A stretch of 64,000 nucleotides of DNA from Eledone cirrhosa (lineage: Eukaryota). The notes beneath the pieces are model-generated. The model was given only the letters and a program-made list of their open reading frames with translations, searched no databases and was not told the origin of the DNA. Each line of letters starts with the position of its first letter. Position 1 is the stretch's first letter. The position numbers and the translations under genes were made by a program. Below, one piece after another: positions 30,201 to 44,425 of the stretch. The DNA lies in the NCBI GenBank assembly GCA_964016885.1, contig OZ024743.1:303676001-303740000 (forward strand), written 5' to 3'.

Positions 30201-32393
30201 TAAAATAACATGCAGAAATAACCGTTGTGGAAAGGAAAAGATTGCGTACATCAGTAAATGCCGAATGTGCATCAGCATATTACAATCAAAGTTTCTAAAG
30301 TCAAGAAATGCAATCGAACAAACTGTGGAGTATGCAGCTGCCTACAAGAGGATCCCGAATTCCACTTCGGATAAAGATCCATCTCTAAAGTATAAACAAA
30401 TATTGCATGCCCCTCATATATTTCAATGGTTTAACACGTAATAGGTCCTGTATCAATCAATCAAGTATCATGCGTCAATCAGAAAATTCAATCAACTTAC
30501 AAACAAACAAATAATATCATGAAACATAATGTTGTAGGGAACAAACCTTGCTAATTCTAGATATTTCTTCCTATGATCAATGCAGCAAGTCAGTAAAGGA
30601 GCAGCCATGTATAGGAAATAATGCATTTTATCACAAAATACACACCGTAGGTTGTATTTAAACAAAATAAACGTTATTGAATCGTGTCTATTGAAAGTAC
30701 GTGGCACATAAATGAAGCGTTACAATACACAAAACCAGTATACACATTATCTTGAAAATTATATCTTCAAATGCTCACGATAGCGGAGGACGCTTAATGA
30801 AGAAAAAAAGGAGAAAAAATGAGATAACCTTGATGTTTTCTGAAAATTCCATTAGCAAATAACGGTAATTAAATTTGTATGACCTAATTTATTTGTGTGT
30901 ATGCACAAAGAAGCATTAGGTGCATCTTTGAAATCTAACGTATTATTTTTCCTAATGTAACGTGTGCAGGATTCTTAATTATTTATCCCCATCACATACA
31001 CGCGCACCACCCCCCCACATATATATATATATATATATATATGTGCTAACATTCGCCTGTCCATAACTGAATGAAAGACGCCCATGTTAACTGTTTGGCT
31101 GAGGTAATTAAAATAGCGGAAAAAACCTTCTAAATTGCCAGCATGATGGGACTTTTATTGCAAACGCAAGGTTCATAAAACCTTCGCTAAATACAAACTG
31201 AACTAGGACAAGATTCGATCCCTAATACCCAGGTTTTATTATATCCTACTTGATACATATCCTGTGGCATTTAAACTGTTCACACCCAATGAATTCAGTA
31301 ATATTGAAATCAATACCAGTTTCTTAATTCCTTTCCTCTTTACCCACTCTATACTACTCTTAATCTCTACCTTAAACTTCCCTGTCCCTCTCCGTATACT
31401 TTCCCTACCCCCATATATGGTATACATCAAAACATTCAGCTATACCAATGGTCAAATAATAATTATTCCACATCAGCGCACATATTGATAATGTGAAACT
31501 CTTTACCTCTACTCCCTCTCCTGTCTGTATTTCATGCCATTTTTAAGTTACTCACATTTTCTTAATCGAATACTCATTACTACATTCTACTCCGTGATGA
31601 ATAGTTGAATTCCACTAGTATAGGCTTTCTGCCGAATTGTAATAATTATTGCATATGATAGGAAAATATTTATTTTAATCAGTATAAGTACACAGTTTTT
31701 AATAGACATTGAAACATATGTCAAAGCAAATAAATCCATAATCTCTTCACGCCGATGTTTTATATTTCTCGGTTCAATAATTGCATATATATATAGTATA
31801 AAAACACGAAAAATCAGTGATGCATCTGAACTCAGTTTATTGCGTGTTACAATTGTTTCGCCGACAGGTAGCTCGAGACATTATCACTGTATGGATCTGG
31901 CTGATTCTACGGCTGCAGGTTCCTTCATGTGTGTGTAAGCATGTGTGTGTAAGCAAATATCCGTATGTGCATGTGTGTGCATGTGGCCGTCCGTGTGTGT
32001 GTGTATATGTATGTACATGTATATATGTGTGCATGTATATATGTATGTATATGTGTGGGTGTGCGTATGCATGTATAGTTTTTTATATATATGTGTGTGT
32101 GTGTATGTATGTGTGTATGTAGTTAGGTGTACGTATGTGTATTATGTATGTAGGTGTATGTGTAAATACATATATATATATGTATATAAGGTTGTGCGTA
32201 GGTATATGTGCGTGCGTATGTGTGTGTATATGTGAATGTTTGCGTGTGTGTGTGTACACATATGGACATATGTGCGTATAAGTATGTATGTGTATGTACG
32301 TGTATACATGTGTATGTGTATATGTATGTGCGTATATATATATGTGTATATACGTGTGTGTCTGCATGCGTGTGTATGTGTACCCACACGTAA

Positions 32394-32443
<50 letters not shown>

Positions 32444-32646
32444 TTAAGGATACTATTTATGGTTGTGTATGTAATAAAACCTTTTATGTTAATATATTTG
32501 TTATACAAACCTTAAATAGTGAAAGATAGTCATTAATTACTATCATATTACCAGTAAGATAAATAGCTCAATGTAATAACATCGGTTGTTTTACAGAGCA
32601 GATATATAGAGATTACAATAATCAAAGTTCAGTTTAAATCATTTAT

Positions 32647-32695
32647 TTGCTTACAATTGTTTCCTCCAAACCGAGGTTTGGCTTCTTCGGAGCAA
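32647..32695 (-). ncRNA. Type-I hammerhead motif with variant core CCGAAGA (element C left arm)
   Basis: Reverse complement of 39560-39608. Confidence 0.75.
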
Positions 32696-33825
32696 CTATT
32701 TAGTGATCTAGTACATACTTGACCTCCTTTTCAACACAAGAGACATATAAAACATATGCACATATTGATCCACAGTGGGATGACATCCATCAAAATGATA
32801 TAGCATGGCAATTTACATATAAAGGTTAAAGGATAAAAATAAAAATAAAAATAAAAATAAAAATAAAAATAAAAATAAAAATAAAAATTAAAATTAAAAT
32901 TAAAATAAATAAAAATAAAAATAAAAATAAAAATAAAAATGAAAATAAAAATGAAGCGTTGGCAGTATATGAAAATAAAGCAAGAGGAAAGTTTAGAGTA
33001 GTCAGTGTATGAAACAATCTCACGTGTAGCATGCACGCGTGTCTTATTTATACAGGATTAGAGTGCCTCAGAATGTTATTTGCAGGGTCAGGCAGTTGAA
33101 GCAGGTAATCGATATTATTATGTGGGCTGAATTATTAAGTCATTTATTCGCATACACCTGTATGATATACGGTCCCGAATGTAGAGAAACACCAAAATAT
33201 CAAAAGTTTCAAAAATATTATAAACCATATTGTATCGTAGGCAAAACAGTACCACTGTCTTCGCTCACACCACCACTCGCATAATCCATGAGACGCAATA
33301 TATAGAACACGGGTCTATCATATAATTCACGATGGTTCAGCATATAACCAAGTTATAAACCGTATCTTGTCGATTCTTAATTAATAGATCATGTTGTTTA
33401 GTTTTGTGTGATGATATTATATTCCGGAAGTGTCTTTATGACCAAGGGGAATTAATGCGTGAGGGGAGGTAACTAGCTGGTTTTCTTAGTTAAATTTATT
33501 ATCATAAATTACATTAATGGTGTTTCAAATAAGTGCCTATCATATGATGGTATAACTAATTTCTAGAATATGTTACTTATTTATAGGTTACAGTGTTGTC
33601 CATTAAGAAGGACTAGGGTGTATATATTAGGATGATTACCTTCTATTAAGGAGTGTCATATCTGAACATTTTATAAGAGGAGTCAGACTCCCAAATCAAT
33701 GTTCCATGTAAATGTAATTCCCCCCGCAGGACCTGGCATGGTCCTATTATTATATATGACTCCCGGTAGGCTCTGGGTCATTGTATGTCTGAATCCTTGG
33801 TAAATCTGAATATCTTCAGGATGGT

Positions 33826-34138
33826 CTGGAGATTAAATTTCTCATATAAAGACACCAGTCTGGCCATCAAGCAATAGGTTACCCCCATCTCATATATAAA
33901 TTAAATTAGGTATCTTATCTACAAATTAGAGTGGAGTCTATTAATAGGTGCTGAAGGAGTTCATATCATGCTGATTACAATCTGGAGATCAAATCTCTCA
34001 TATAAGGACACCAGTCTGGCCATCAAGCAATACATAAACTCCCATCTCACATATAAATTAAATTAGGTATATTATCTGCAAATTAGAGTGGGGTCTATTA
34101 ATAAGTACTAAAGGAGTTCATATCATGATCATTACAAT
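33826..34138. repeat. ~155-bp tandem duplication in the element C 3' UTR (mirrored at ~37706-38018)
   Basis: Two diverged units starting tctggagat...gacaccagtctggccatcaagcaata...ggagttcatatcatg. Confidence 0.85.
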
Positions 34139-34724
34139 CCAACATGGAGTGTCACACCTGGACAATCTATAAGAAGAGTCAGACTACAAAATTAATTATA
34201 TGGGTCTGACTACTAATAATGGTCTTATTATCATACAAGACTCACGGCAAGATTCAGGTCATAGTATGACTGCATCGCCGGTAAATTCACCAGCGTCGTA
34301 CGGTGGCCAGTTCTCTCATCAAAATATACCAATCAGGTCATCAAGCAACACAGAAATTCCTAACTCATGTATCACCTGTGCATAATTCATTGAACTGATC
34401 GTATATAGTATATACTCACATAACAATAAGATTACCTATCTAATCATCAATCTATCTCTTGGTGGCATTCCATGCACAGGATTATGTTATCAAAACCAAT
34501 ACCGTGTCAAAAGTTTATATTAATCATATATTTGTGCAATGCAGTTTAAGTAGTCTACGGCCGAGATATCGGAATCAGAAGTACATGGGGCTATTCCCAG
34601 GGCAGATGGTACTAAAATGCTGCCAGTATTACCGTTAGAGTATATAAATGGGTGTGGAGATGAGGTGTGAGGTGTGCTACTGATGCTAATTGCTAGGGGT
34701 GGTGACGGTTCCAGTCTGACATTG

Positions 34725-36238
34725 TTATATATAGGGTTTAAAATTTTGGAACGAGTGTCGGAAGCGGTGTTAGCAAGATGAGAACACTTCTGACTTTTTA
34801 TTAAGGAGATCATGGTTAGAGAAGATGATAGTATGGGTCTCTAGTAGACAGAGGTTACAAAATGTATTAGGTGGTTTGTACGATGTTGCACTACCTACCA
34901 CTTCCCATTTAAGAGTATATATTTTATTTTTAGTCTTTAGATAATGTATGTAGCTAGATAGTGAAGTGGAGTTGGCTAGACTGTGTTTTTTGAAAGAGTG
35001 GAGGTGCGAATTGTATCAAGTTTTGAAGCAGTTAGAAGTAGAGCCTATATAGGTTTCAGACGAGCTGTTAGTTGTGACTTTACATGAGTATATGATATCC
35101 TTGGTTAAGCATTTTATATCTAAAGGGCACGTTCTATTTGATCTACAGTTACAATTATTCTGGGTGCTAGTCTGCCGGTTACTATGCTGTGTAGAAGTTT
35201 GGATGTTAGCCATAGGGTTATGGTTATGTGGGTTGTCGTACGCAGCGTTAATGTTTACACTAGTACTAATATTATTATTTCCATTGATATTATGGTTAGT
35301 TGCTATAATGTTATTTTGAATGTTATTTTGAATGTTATTTTGAATGTTATTTTGAAGGTCTATCGTCTGTTGTGATTTAGTTTGTTGGAAGTAAGAATTA
35401 ATTTTTCTTTTATTGCTACTAGCTATGTGGTATGCTAAGTTAGGCGTAGTAGAGTATTAGATTTTAATAGTGTTTTTCTTTAAAATGCTATGGTACCTGT
35501 GGCCGGATGGGAAGTGTTTATCCAGTAGTGAGAAAAAAGCCCTAGGTAGGCTGGTAGAGACGTTTAGATTGAAAGGAGGGTTGAAAAATGTATTATTTCT
35601 TCTTCTATTTCTGTTTTTTTATGTCTGGTGATTAGTTTCCTTTAATGCTACTATGGTAATTTCTGTGGTGCGGGTTACTTTTGTTGTTACTATCCCTATT
35701 AGTGTGTGTGCAGTTGCTATTCCTATTATTAAATTTTCCCATGGACATGTTGTGTGAAATAATGTTGTAGCTATACGTTTTTGTAGGTGGGAACTCTATC
35801 CCTGTATTATGGCCTGATCTAGCTAATGCCTGATTATAATACTGCGAGTTATTGTTAAATGTGTTTATGTCATAGGATAGATTAGAGATTCTATTAGATA
35901 CTCACTTAGAGATAGAGTTCAATATAGATTTAGGGTGGTTAGACTTGGTATCTACGTAGATGAGTTTTTCATTAGGTTTGTGGAAAGGTGCATATATCAT
36001 TGAGTCTAGGTAGAGTGTGGCGTCTAGGAAGTTTACGTTTTTGGTGTTTTTGTCCATGGTAATACTAAGGTTAAAGTTTTTGAATGTTTTGTGCAATAGT
36101 TTTCTAGTTCTTTCTATATTGAATTTTTTATAATATATAAGTAGAAGTGCATCGACGCGATACAAACCACCGCTGAGGTAAGGTAGGTCCCTATGGATTT
36201 GGTTAAGTAAATATAGGCCAACTAAATCAGTGACCTGC
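34725..36238 (-). pseudogene. 5'-truncated, disrupted PLE RT C-half plus GIY-YIG
   Basis: QVTDLVGLYLL, GGLYRVD (YRDD mutated), VNFLDATL, KSNHP, FFNPPFN, CNCRSNRTCPLDIKC, IIYSC...TYIGST; in-frame stops. Confidence 0.92.
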
Positions 36239-36630
36239 TAAACAGAAATAGAAGAACAAATAATACATTTTTCAACCCTCCTTTCAATCTAAACGTCTCT
36301 AACAACCTACCTAGGGCTTTCTTCTCACTACTGGATAAACACTTCCCATCCGGCCACAGGTACCATAGCATTTTAAAGAAAAACACTATTAAAATCTAAT
36401 ACTCTACTACGCCTAACTTAGCATACCACATAGCTAGTAGCAATAAAAGAAAAATTAATTCTTACTTCCAACAAACTAAATAACAACAGACGATAGACCT
36501 TCAAAATAACATTCAAAATAACATTCAAAATAACATTATAGCAAATAACCATAATATCAATGGAAATAATAGTATTAGTACTAGTGTAAACATTACCGCT
36601 GCGTACGACAACCCACATAACCATAACCCT

Positions 36631-37119
36631 ATGGCTAACATCCAAACTTCTACACAGCATAGTAACCGGCAGACTAGCACCCAGAATAATTGTAACTGTA
36701 GATCAAATAGAACCTGCCCTTTAGATAAAAAATGCTTAACCAAGGATATCATATACTCATGTACAGTCACAACTAACAACTCTTCTGAAACCCATATAGG
36801 CTCTACTTCTAACTGCTTCAAAACTAGATACAATTCGCACCTCCACTCTTTCAAAAAACACGGTCTAGCCAACTCCACTTCACTATCTAGCTACATACAC
36901 TATCTAAAAACTAAAAATAAAATATATACACTTAAATGGGAAGTGGTAGGTAGTGCAACATCGTATAAAACACCTAATACATTTTGTAACCTCTGTCTAC
37001 TAGAGACCCATACTATCATATTCTCTAACCATTATCTCCTTAATAAAAAATCAGAAGTGTTCGCATCTTGCCAACACGGCTTCCTACACTCGTTCAAAAA
37101 CTTTAAACCCTATATATAA
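36631..37119 (+). pseudogene. GIY-YIG endonuclease of the inverted arm of element C
   Basis: CNCRSNRTCPLDKKC...IIYSC...THIGST...FKTRYNSH...CNLCLLE...LLNKKSE. No RT upstream; YIG is mutated to HIG. Confidence 0.9.
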
Positions 37120-38885
37120 CAATGTCAGACTGGGACCGTCACCACCCCTAGCAATTAGCATCAGTAGCACACCTCACACCTCATCTCCACACCCATGTAT
37201 ATACTCTAATGGTAATACTGGCAGCATTTTAGTACCATCTGCCCTGGGAATAGCCCCATGTACTTCTGATTCCGATATCTCGGCCGTAGACTACTTAAAC
37301 TGCATTGCACAAATATATGATTAATATAAACTTTTGACACGGTATTGGTTTTGATAACATAATCCTGTGCATGGAATGCCAACAAGAGATAGATTGATGA
37401 TTAGATAGGTAATCTTATTGTTACGTGAGTATATACTATATACGATCAGTTCAATGAATTATGCACAGGTGATACATGAGTTAGGAGTTTCTGTGTTGGT
37501 TGATGACCTGATTGGTATCTTTTGATGAGAGAACTGGCCACCGGACGACCCTGGTGAATTTACCGGGGATGCAGTCATACTATGACCTGAATCTTGCCGG
37601 GAGTCTTGTATGATAATAAGACCATTATTAGTAGTGATACCCATATAATTAATTTTGTAGTCTGACTCTTCTTATAGATTGTCCAGGTGTGGCACTCCAT
37701 GTTGGATTGTAATGATCATGATATGAACTCCTTTAGTACTTATTAATAGACCCCACTCTAATTTGCAGATAATATACCTAATTTAATTTATATGTGAGAT
37801 GGGAGTTTATGTATTGCTTGATGGCCAGACTGGTGTCCTTATATGAGAGATTTGATCTCCAGATTGTAATCAGCATGATATGAACTCCTTCAGCACCTAT
37901 TAATAGACTCCACTCTAATTTGTAGATAAGACACCCAATTTAATTTATATATGAGATGGGGGTAACCTATTGCTTGATGGCCAGACTGGTGTCTTTATAT
38001 GAGAAATTTAATCTCCAGACCATCCTGAAGATATTCAGATTTACCAAGGATTCAGACATACAATGACCCAGAGCCTACCGGGAGTCATATATAATAATAG
38101 GACCATGCCAGGTCCTGCGGGGGGAATTACATTTACATGGAACATTGATTTGGGAGTCTGACTCCTCTTATAAAATGTTCAGATATGACACTCCTTAATA
38201 GAAGGTAATCATCCTAATATATACACCCTAGTACTTCTTAATGGACAACACTGTAACCTATAAATAAGTAACATATTCTAAAAATTAGTTATACCATCAT
38301 ATGATAGGCACTTATTTGAAACACCATTAATGTAATTTATGATAATAAATTTAACTAAGAAAACCAGCTAGTTACCTCCCCTTACGCATTAATTCCCCTT
38401 GGTCATAAAGACACTTCCGGAATATAATATCATCACACAAAACTAAACAAAATGATCTATTAATTAAGAATCGACAAGATACGGTTTATAACTTGGTTAT
38501 ATGCTGAACCATCGTGAATTATATGATAGACCCGTGTTCTATATATTGCGTCTCATGGATTATGCGAGTGGTGGTGTGAGCGAAGACAGTGGTACTGTTT
38601 TGCCTACGATACAATATGGTTTATAATATTTTTGAAACTTTTGATATTTTGGTGTTTCTCTACATTCGGGACCGTATATCATACAGGTGTATGCGAATAA
38701 ATGACTTAATAATTCAGCCCACATAATAATATCGATTACCTGCTTCAACTGCCTGACCCTGCAAATAACACTCTAATAATCCTGTATAAATAAGACACGC
38801 GTGCATGCTACACGTGAGATTGTTTCATACACTGACTACTCTAAACTTTCCTCTTGCTTTATCTTCATAGACTGCCAACGCTTCA

Positions 38886-39422
38886 TTTTTATTTTTATTT
38901 TTATTTTTATTTTTTTTATTTTTATTTTTATTTTTATTTTTATTTTTATTTTTATTTTTATTTTTATTTTTATTTTTATTTTTATTTTTATTTTTATTTT
39001 TATTTTTATTTTTATTTTTATTTTTATTTTTATTTTTATTTTTATTTTTATTTTTATTTTTATTTTTATTTTTATTTTTATTTTTATTATTTTTATTTTT
39101 ATTTTTTATTTTTATTTTTATTTTTATTTTTATTTTTATTTTTATTTTTATTTTTATTTTTATTTTTATTTTTATTTTTATTTTTATTTTTATTTTTATT
39201 TTTATTTTTATTTTTATTTTTATTTTTTTCATTTTTATTTTTATTTTTATTTTTATTTTTATTTTTATTTTTATTTTTATTTTTATTTTTATTTTTATTT
39301 TTATTTTTATTTTTATTTTTATTTTTATATATATTTTTTTTTTTATTTTTATTTTTTTTTATTTTTTATTTTTATTTTTTTTTTTATTTTTTTTTTATTT
39401 TTATTTTTATTTTTATTTTTAT
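38886..39422. repeat. (TTTTTA)n hexamer tract in the element C 3' UTR
   Basis: Directly visible; its counterpart at 32833-32952 is much shorter. Confidence 0.97.
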
Positions 39423-39559
39423 CCTGTAACCTTTATATGTAAATTGCCATGCTATCTCATTTTGATGTATGTCATCCCACTGTGGATCAATATGTGCATA
39501 TGTTTTATATGTCTCTTGTGTTGAAAATGAGGTCAAGTATGTTATAGATCACTAAATAG

Positions 39560-39608
39560 TTGCTCCGAAGAAGCCAAACCTCGGTTTGGAGGAAACAATT
39601 GTAAGCAA
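39560..39608 (+). ncRNA. Type-I hammerhead motif with variant core CCGAAGA (element C right arm)
   Basis: ttgct CCGAAGA ag ccaaac-ctcg-gtttgg ag GAAA caatt GTA agcaa: 5-bp stem I, 6-bp stem II, palindromic ACAATTGT stem III. Confidence 0.78.
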
Positions 39609-40438
39609 ATACATGATTTAAACTGAACTTTGATTAATGTAATCTATATATATATATATATATATATATGTATGGCGTGTCTGTGGGCGCGTACGTACAC
39701 CCACATAGGACAGGGTTTGTCTATGTGTTTATATGCGGCTACATGTACTTGTGTGTAGATATATATACAGGTCTGTGTATATGTGTGTATGTGTGCTTAT
39801 GTCTTTGGAAGTGTGTCTGTTCTTGATGCCTATCAATAAGGATGTGCGTGTATGTGCATGTGTAACCATGTATGTGTCTGAGAGTGTGTGTGTATATATG
39901 TGCTGATGTGCCCGAACGCCGATATGTGTCTTTGTATGCGTGGACGCGTGTGTCTGCGCGGGTGGGCTTGTATGCGTGCGTGTGAGACCGGATGTATGTC
40001 GCTGTTTAGGCAGGCGCCAATAAGCATGTGGCGGTCGGTATCTGGATGTGGGTGTGCCTGGGTTTGTGGAAGAGACGGAGAGTGTGTGCGTGTATATATG
40101 TGCATGGGGTATGTGTGTCTACACATGTATGCGTACATATGTGTATGCCTGCATGTGTTTGTGCCTGCGCGCGTGTGTGTATATGTGTGTGTGTGTATAT
40201 ATGTGGGTACATACTCCGGAGTGTGAACAGACGTGTGAGATACCGAACCCAGCATGGCTCCATTGAAGTGTGTCGGACGGATAATGGCTGATGACCCGTG
40301 TAGCAGTAAATAGTGACGAGAACTTAAGATGACGTGGAATAACAACAGCCAATGGCATGACAAGTGTGGAATATGTTTTTTGAAGGTGTTTTTTGACGAT
40401 AACACCCCAGTGAGAAAATTTGCTCCGAACGAACTGCC

Positions 40439-40529
40439 CGTGTCCGAAGGAACCTGCAGCCGTTGAATCAGCCAGATCCATCGAGTGATCATGTCTCGAG
40501 CTACCTGACAGCGAAACAATTGTAACACG
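40439..40529 (+). ncRNA. Hammerhead-like motif with core CCGAAGG and ~60-nt stem II region (element E)
   Basis: cgtgt CCGAAGG ...62 nt... GAAA caatt GTA acacg; stem I cgtgt/acacg; followed by AATAAA. Confidence 0.6.
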
Positions 40530-40660
40530 CAATAAACTGAGTCCAGATGCATCACTGTTTTTTCGTTTTTATATACTATCCACACTCTGCTTTGTATGAA
40601 TATTGAGTGCTAATTTTGGCATACCGCCTATGGAAGCACCATAGCTACCATTATATACAC

Positions 40661-40701
<41 letters not shown>

Positions 40702-43700
40702 TATAGATATGTATGTGTGTGTGTGTGGGTGGGTGGGTGTGCGTGTGTGTGTATATATGTATATATATATGTGTATGTGTGTATGTGTATGAGTGCTTGT
40801 GTGTGAGTACGACGGGGGGGGGGTAGTGCGTCTAAGTGTTGTCACTGTTTGTGTGTATATGTATATTTTAGTGTGAGAGTGTTTTATTTGTACTCATTTA
40901 TGTACATTGTATGGACGAATATGAAGAACAACTCAATTAAAAGAAGATATATTCTTATTTCTTCGGATCATATATCTCACAAATTTTCTATATACTATTC
41001 ATGCTGCATACCACTTCTTGTGATGACCGATTACTCACATTCTCACGAATGCTGTGAATGGAAGTTCCTTTATGCTTCGATATTTCGACAGATTCTCCTA
41101 CTTTTGGACAATTGTTTCGCTAAGGGCAAATAAAATATGTCAATTCTATTAACATGTGATTTGCGTATTAATTCAAAATTGTACGAAAGCCAAGAATATG
41201 AAATTATCATTCATTCATACATCTATACGAACGTGTCAATGCGGCTAGAATATCACATCCATTTGCAGAGCATTTGGAGATGGTTAGTTAATAATAATCT
41301 CCATTATGGGTGCATTATGTCTATGCTATCTCTTCAGGAAATATACAGAAGTAAAAATAATAAAAAAAGCAATATCAAAAGCATGGAGCTGTTATTCACG
41401 CATTGAGATTTCAATTGAATACTATGCAGAAGCATTTATAATGGGTATTTTCAAATATGCAATTTTATAAGCTCATTTGTTTTTTTTTCCAGGAAAATAT
41501 AGTTATAACTTAAAAAGGGTTTTTAAAAGTTTTTCTTTATCAAGTTAGGATTTTTTTTTCAGTTAGTTATATGAGAAAGATTTGAAAAGCATTTACAAAT
41601 TGTTTTCTGTTACTTAGCGTTGTACACGTGTATAGAAAAGTACTGTATATATAGAAAGATGTATATTCTCATATATATATACACAGTATGTGTGTCCACT
41701 TCAGGTTTAATTCTAGAACTAGATTAGGATAACATATTAGGTATTTGTATACATCTACTGAGAATAATTGTATCTCTCTCTATATATATACAAAGATGTA
41801 TGAATAAATAATACTTTCTTATCCTTCACTTTCTTAAAATTTTGTATTATACATCAGTGTATATACTAAACTAAATGCAGTGCAAATATATCATAATTCT
41901 ATTTTGTATATAGTCACAGATACGCATATAATAAAAGAAAATCATCATATGATTACAATCTTCTTTCAATATCATAGAATATTAATCAACTTTCAGAAGA
42001 TAGACTTTTTAAAAATAATGTTTAAGACTTCAAGTTATTTTATTTCGGAGATATTTCTCTTTCACTCAGATTGAATAAATTTCATATCAAGTGTTATTAA
42101 AGGATGCTTCACAAACGATACAGTTGATGATTATAAAGATAAACTGTAACATATTGTATGTCAAGTAGTATCAAATTGATTGCGTTGTCATACATTATTG
42201 CAGTGTTATTTTTTAAAGTACGCTCGAAGCAGGTCCGGATTAAATAACAGGTTTGACAAGTGAAATTATATTATTACAGGGAGTGACACACACATAGACA
42301 CACATAGGCACATAAATGCGCACGAACAGAGTCTCACACACTAACACACACACATATATACACATAAAATAACATCAGTTAGAAGACTAACTGAATTTAA
42401 TATACAATCTATACTATGGTGTTGCAGCTGCTGGTTAAGATGATGATGATCGTAATAATGATGCATCTTCTATACACTAATGTAGTAAATCATTCAATAT
42501 AAGCTTGCCCTAGTGTGGTATTCTGTCAAAGTTATATCACAATAACATTTTCCTAACGAGCTATCAGGCAATACGGTTTCAATTACCGGTTGAATCAATT
42601 TGACACAACTAGTTGATTTCCCAAGGATAAAAAAAAACAAAAACTAGTTTAATTATATTTCAAATCCCTCTATAATATGGTATTCTCTTCTTCTCACTCA
42701 TTTTCTTTTTCTATCACTATCTCTATCCCTGTTTCTCTCTATCTCTGAACATTACATTTCCCAATCATCGTTCACCAAAGGTTTGGAAGAAGATAAATTT
42801 GTATATATTTGTCTGATTGCTCTATTTGTGTTACTTCGAAACAGTTCTGGCTGTGCAGACTTACAATAACAGTATTTCATCTATGGCAATCTCCTTTTCT
42901 TTATATTGAAGATTGTCTTGTCGATTATTTCGTTTGGTTTTTAAGCTTCTTCTAACAATCTGAATGTCGTATTAGGCGCTTTCTCGTGTCAACTGATTTT
43001 GGTTGCAGGGAGAATGTTATCGCTTGCTTTGTAGCACCGTATACATGGCACATGGAATTTCTGCTCACCATTGCGTAACGCAGCTCTCTATACTTTGCTA
43101 GGGGATTGAGCAGTGTATACATTTCCAGTTGCTCCGGTTTTATCAGATGTAACATCTCTATAGTGAAGACAGGTTATTTCTTCTCTCAGGATTATATCTC
43201 GTCCAGGCAGGTTTTGATTCTCTTATGAGTGACGCGGGCTAAAATTCAATAGATGTCCAGCACCGGTGGAAGACTTGATATAATCAACAAATTAGAATGT
43301 CTCTCTCTCAGTTGAAATGTTAGAATGTTATACCTGTCAGCTCAACAGTGAACCAAGCACCATTCATATTTGTCAATGACCATCCAACACCAGACTCTAG
43401 CGAATTTCTCACGATACATTTTATTAATTCCAATTAATACTTTTTCAAAAGATTCATAGAATGTGCTATGCTGAAGGAGTTAAATGTTAATCGAGAACTT
43501 ATTTATGTATCAAAAGATTGGATTGAGACAAGTGATTCTAACTAGACTTTTTCCTTCGTACAACTGTAAGATGTAATATCATATACTGATTATATATGCA
43601 ATTGAAGAGGGCAAACAACATTTATATACATTGTTTTCACAGTCTTAGCAACAATGAGGAGAAATAATTATTTCCTTATTTGAATAGGGCTCCGTTAATC

Positions 43701-44267
43701 GTTCAGGTATCTAGTTTTACTGTATTTATTCCCATTGCATGTCAAAGAGCTTCTACTAGAGATCGGGATGACACATGAAGTGTTATTGGAATTTGTTGGA
43801 CGAAGATTCCAAAGCGCCTGAAGACTAGCTCACAAATTGTATCCCTCTTACAATCTGAAGATATGATCAATATTATAAATGAAAACTTACGAAGCACCAA
43901 TGATCCGCCTATGAAGATAAATATATATTATAATTTATCAGATCTCATACCTGATTGATCACTGCATTGCGTTCTCTGTTTTCACATCACATCCATAGAT
44001 ATATGACAGCACACACACACACACACACACACATAACAAAACACAGGCATATATATATATATATATATATATATTCATATGAGGTGATCAATCTCCAATG
44101 AAGTCAATAAGTCTAACCTCAGTCCATTACCTAAAAGCTTAGAAATACGAGGCAAATACGCTTCTAAACGGAGAAATGAAGACACTGGGAATACTAGAAT
44201 TTAATCTTAACGCTCAATACCATTGAGTTAAACGTCATATGCCATTGATTTTGAAACATGTATATTA

Positions 44268-44425
<158 letters not shown>

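Larger units (their letters stand above)
32441..39650 (-). mobile_element. PLE with ~3-kb inverted arms (element C)
   Basis: 32610-35616 is the reverse complement of 36240-39645 at high identity. The unique middle carries the RT. HHR in each arm, (TA)n on both flanks. Confidence 0.95.
31794..40652 (+). mobile_element. Older non-coding HHR-bearing fold-back element (E), split by element C
   Basis: Inverted arms 31794-31926 and 40446-40578. TG-rich body on both sides of element C (31927-32400 and 39660-40200). HHR-like motif at 40439-40529. Confidence 0.7.

Noticed and set aside
32610-39645. Assembly fold-back artefact as the cause of the large inverted repeats
   Set aside because: Arms differ by substitutions, indels and tract lengths and end at element-specific boundaries. 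This cannot be fully excluded for the apparently identical arms at 45932-46443.
42952-43920. Coding-looking patches (also 27440-28520 and 57640-57800)
   Set aside because: Interrupted by stops with no motif I recognise; would need tBLASTx or RNA-seq.
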